Positions 60,216-64,000 of a stretch of 64,000 bases of DNA are shown here, piece after piece (the stretch's first letter is position 1; the number at the start of each line of letters is the position of its first letter). Under the pieces are notes generated by a model. The model was not told the origin of the DNA, did no database searches, and saw only the letters and a list, made by a program, of their open reading frames with translations. Position numbers and translations under genes: made by a program. The stretch lies in NCBI RefSeq assembly GCF_009914755.1, contig NC_060930.1, one strand, 5' to 3'. The DNA comes from the human T2T-CHM13v2.0 reference genome, Homo sapiens.

Positions 60216-60343
60216 GTCACAAAGTGGGCAGCCAGCCAAAGAGTGGCCAGGAGTGGGGATGGGCCCATGCAGATGTGGACAGATTTGCTGTGCTGTATGA
60301 CACGTGGACTTGGGAAGCAGCTCTTCTGGAAAACAAGCGCCAG
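60216..60343 (+). CDS. CCDC162P: Exon 15: (G)HKVGSQPKSGQEWGWAHADVDRFAVLYDTWTWEAALLENKRQ
   Basis: ctcttttctcccag|GT ... CAG|gtattc; 128 nt, phase 1->0. Confidence 0.9.
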
Positions 60344-62114
60344 GTATTCTTGCCTAGGAGACAAAATGTCTGCTAAAAAAACATTCTTACAAAATCCAGT
60401 CTTTTTTCTGTTTTTTGTTTGTTTTTGTAAAACCCAGTTAGACTTTTAGAAAAGCTCTCAACCAAGAGAATAATTATTTTATTTAAATAATCTCAGCTAA
60501 TTATAAGGATGTAATACATTTTATTTTCTTTACTGAGGTTCATCACAAAAAACAAAATGTGAAAGATACTTCTTTATCTTACAGGTATTATTTGTTAGAG
60601 GGCTACGTAATTCCTTCTTATAATATGTATGTTTTTAGTGAGAATGAATGATGATTTCATTCATGCTCATTGTGCAGTCACAGGGACAATGCTCACTTTG
60701 CTAATTACAGACAAATTGACCTGATCATGGCCTTTAGAAGCGTATGCCACATGTGGGTAGGTGAAAGCAATTGGACAGGGTGCTGAGTGCAATGTTATGA
60801 GGGTGAGTTTAAAGCAATGAAACAGCAAGTTACTAAATCATCACTGTATCACGAATGGTTCATATCCCAATAATGAATGAAACACTGCAGGTTTACTGTT
60901 CTTCATTTGTGCCCTTAGCATGGATTATGAGCCCTTCTAATAATCACCAATTGTTAGGCATTTACTTACCAAATATGAAGTATTTACTCCGCCAGGGACT
61001 GTTCCAGGCATTCAGGGACCTATAGATAACTAAGTGAAAATGATCTTTATCTTTAAGGAATTTATCATCTATAAAAGTTGATTCAATCTCCAAGCAAAAA
61101 TTATAATCTAGTTACTAACAGCTTATAATTGAATACATTCATGAGTCATGGGGACTCTGCAGAGAGAGAGATTTGTCCTGGGGGAGGGGAGCACTGTCCG
61201 ATGGAAGAAATGCTAGAAAGCCTTTCCAGAGGAATAGATATTTAATCTTGATACTAAAACATGAGTAAGATATTGTCTGGCAGGGAAGAAAAGATTCTTA
61301 AGCAGACGAAATGGCATTAGAATGTCAGGGCAATGTAAATGGGAAGGACCAGCTTGGGGGATTTTATTTTGAGAAATAAAATCTTACCTTCTTGGAGGAT
61401 GGTAGGAAGACTGTTATGGCTGGGATGTAAAGGCATGATGGATGGCAACAAGCCACACATGTGTTTTGGGTGCAGCCTGTAAAAGACCTACTAGTTATAT
61501 TATTTTAGAGTTTGTCTTACAAACAAAGAAGAGCCATTAGTGAGTTTCCATAGAGAGAAATATGATCATAGCTGTGTTTTTAACAGCTATCTTGGGTGTA
61601 AGTGAGAGAATGGATTGGAATAGAGAGCCCCTGAGAAAAGAAGTGCAGTTGTTGCAACAGTGACCTGAAAAATTAGGAGGGGACATGCAATGACAATAGA
61701 AGAATAGAAAGGCAGAGAGGCGGTGAGAATAGGAAGGAGGAACAGACCTGAGAATACTTTGCAGAAGTGGAAATGGCAGGATTTGAAGACTGGATCTGGA
61801 AGTTGGGGCGAGAGAGTAAGGGTGGAATTTAAACAACTTCCTGAGGATTAGGGAGGAGGCTATTAACTGAAACTGAACCCAGGAAGAGGAAGAGTGTCTT
61901 TAGACAGGAAAATAACGTAGGCCCTAGGACAACAAGGCATTTGAGGGGGTTTGCTGAAACTCAGATGTGAATGTTTTGTGGGGAGCTACAGGTTTGAAGC
62001 TCAGGAACAGGTATGAGCTGAGGTATGAATGCAGAGGTTGAACCACAATGATGAATCAAAACAACTGGGAGAAGCTAGAGGTGTCTGAAATGAAGCCCTA
62101 AGTAATGTACCTAC

Positions 62115-62412
<298 letters not shown>

Positions 62413-63014
62413 CCCTGAGTAATATACCTACATTTAAGGGGCAGGTCATGAAACAAGAAGCAGTGAAACTAAATAGACCAGAGAAACAAGGAAGAAATAG
62501 TATTGTGGGAACCAACAGAAAAATAAGTTTTAATTAGGAGGGGGTGGTTACTTGTGGAGTTCTGTGAAACGTCAAGAAAGGAACTCCTAAAAACCAAGCA
62601 GCTTGGTCAGGTGGTCATTGGCAGCATTGCAGGACTCTTTCAGGGGCATGGTAGGGGTGGAAACCAGGTTATAGTGCACTATGATGTGGTCAGAAGATGG
62701 GGAAATGGCAGTGTTTTCTTTGAATTGTTTTTCTAGTAGAATAGATGCTTCACCATTTCATCTACTCTCTGGTTGGTCTGTTACTCCTAGAGATGTAGGT
62801 CACCCACCCTTTGGAAAACAATTGGCTGGGCTTAAATAGCGCAAGCCTTGGACTTTGAAAAAATGTTCCTCTTTTCAATGATAACTGGCTTCTACAGCCT
62901 TTGTCTGGAGGCTTAATCTGCCCATCAGAACCTTAACCAACTGAGTGAGAGATTTAGATGCACAGTGTAGTAATGGAATGGCTGTATGAAATATAAATAA
63001 GACAGGATCCTTAA

Positions 63015-64000
<986 letters not shown>

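Overview
Primate (most likely human) genomic DNA, Alu/L1/LTR-rich. It carries the 5' part of one multi-exon gene on the + strand, which I recognise from its N-terminus (MDEIYKITSTERVQLLEKKLAVQL...) as CCDC162P (C6orf183 portion, 6q21; DUF4549-type). I reconstructed 15 coding exons by hand (1963-60343). All have GT-AG introns and matching phases, giving 711 codons from ATG 1991, and the gene continues past the window end. The only disablement found is one in-frame TGA (35262-35264, codon 405) in exon 10. That exon is a symmetric 162-nt exon with an atypical GAG acceptor, so skipping it would restore the ORF. The introns hold several unusual rearrangement signatures: (i) an old L1 3' transduction flanked by an 11-bp TSD and later invaded by a full-length THE1B; (ii) an inverted, templated ~135-nt duplication with a fold-back junction; (iii) a tailless fusion of two opposed Alus; (iv) a young GAG-type L1PA inside an Alu linker with a possible short transduced tag; (v) several closely spaced inverted Alu pairs. 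Almost all entries in the supplied ORF track are repeat-derived or chance ORFs. Repeat subfamily names are from recalled consensus sequences, not from a search.
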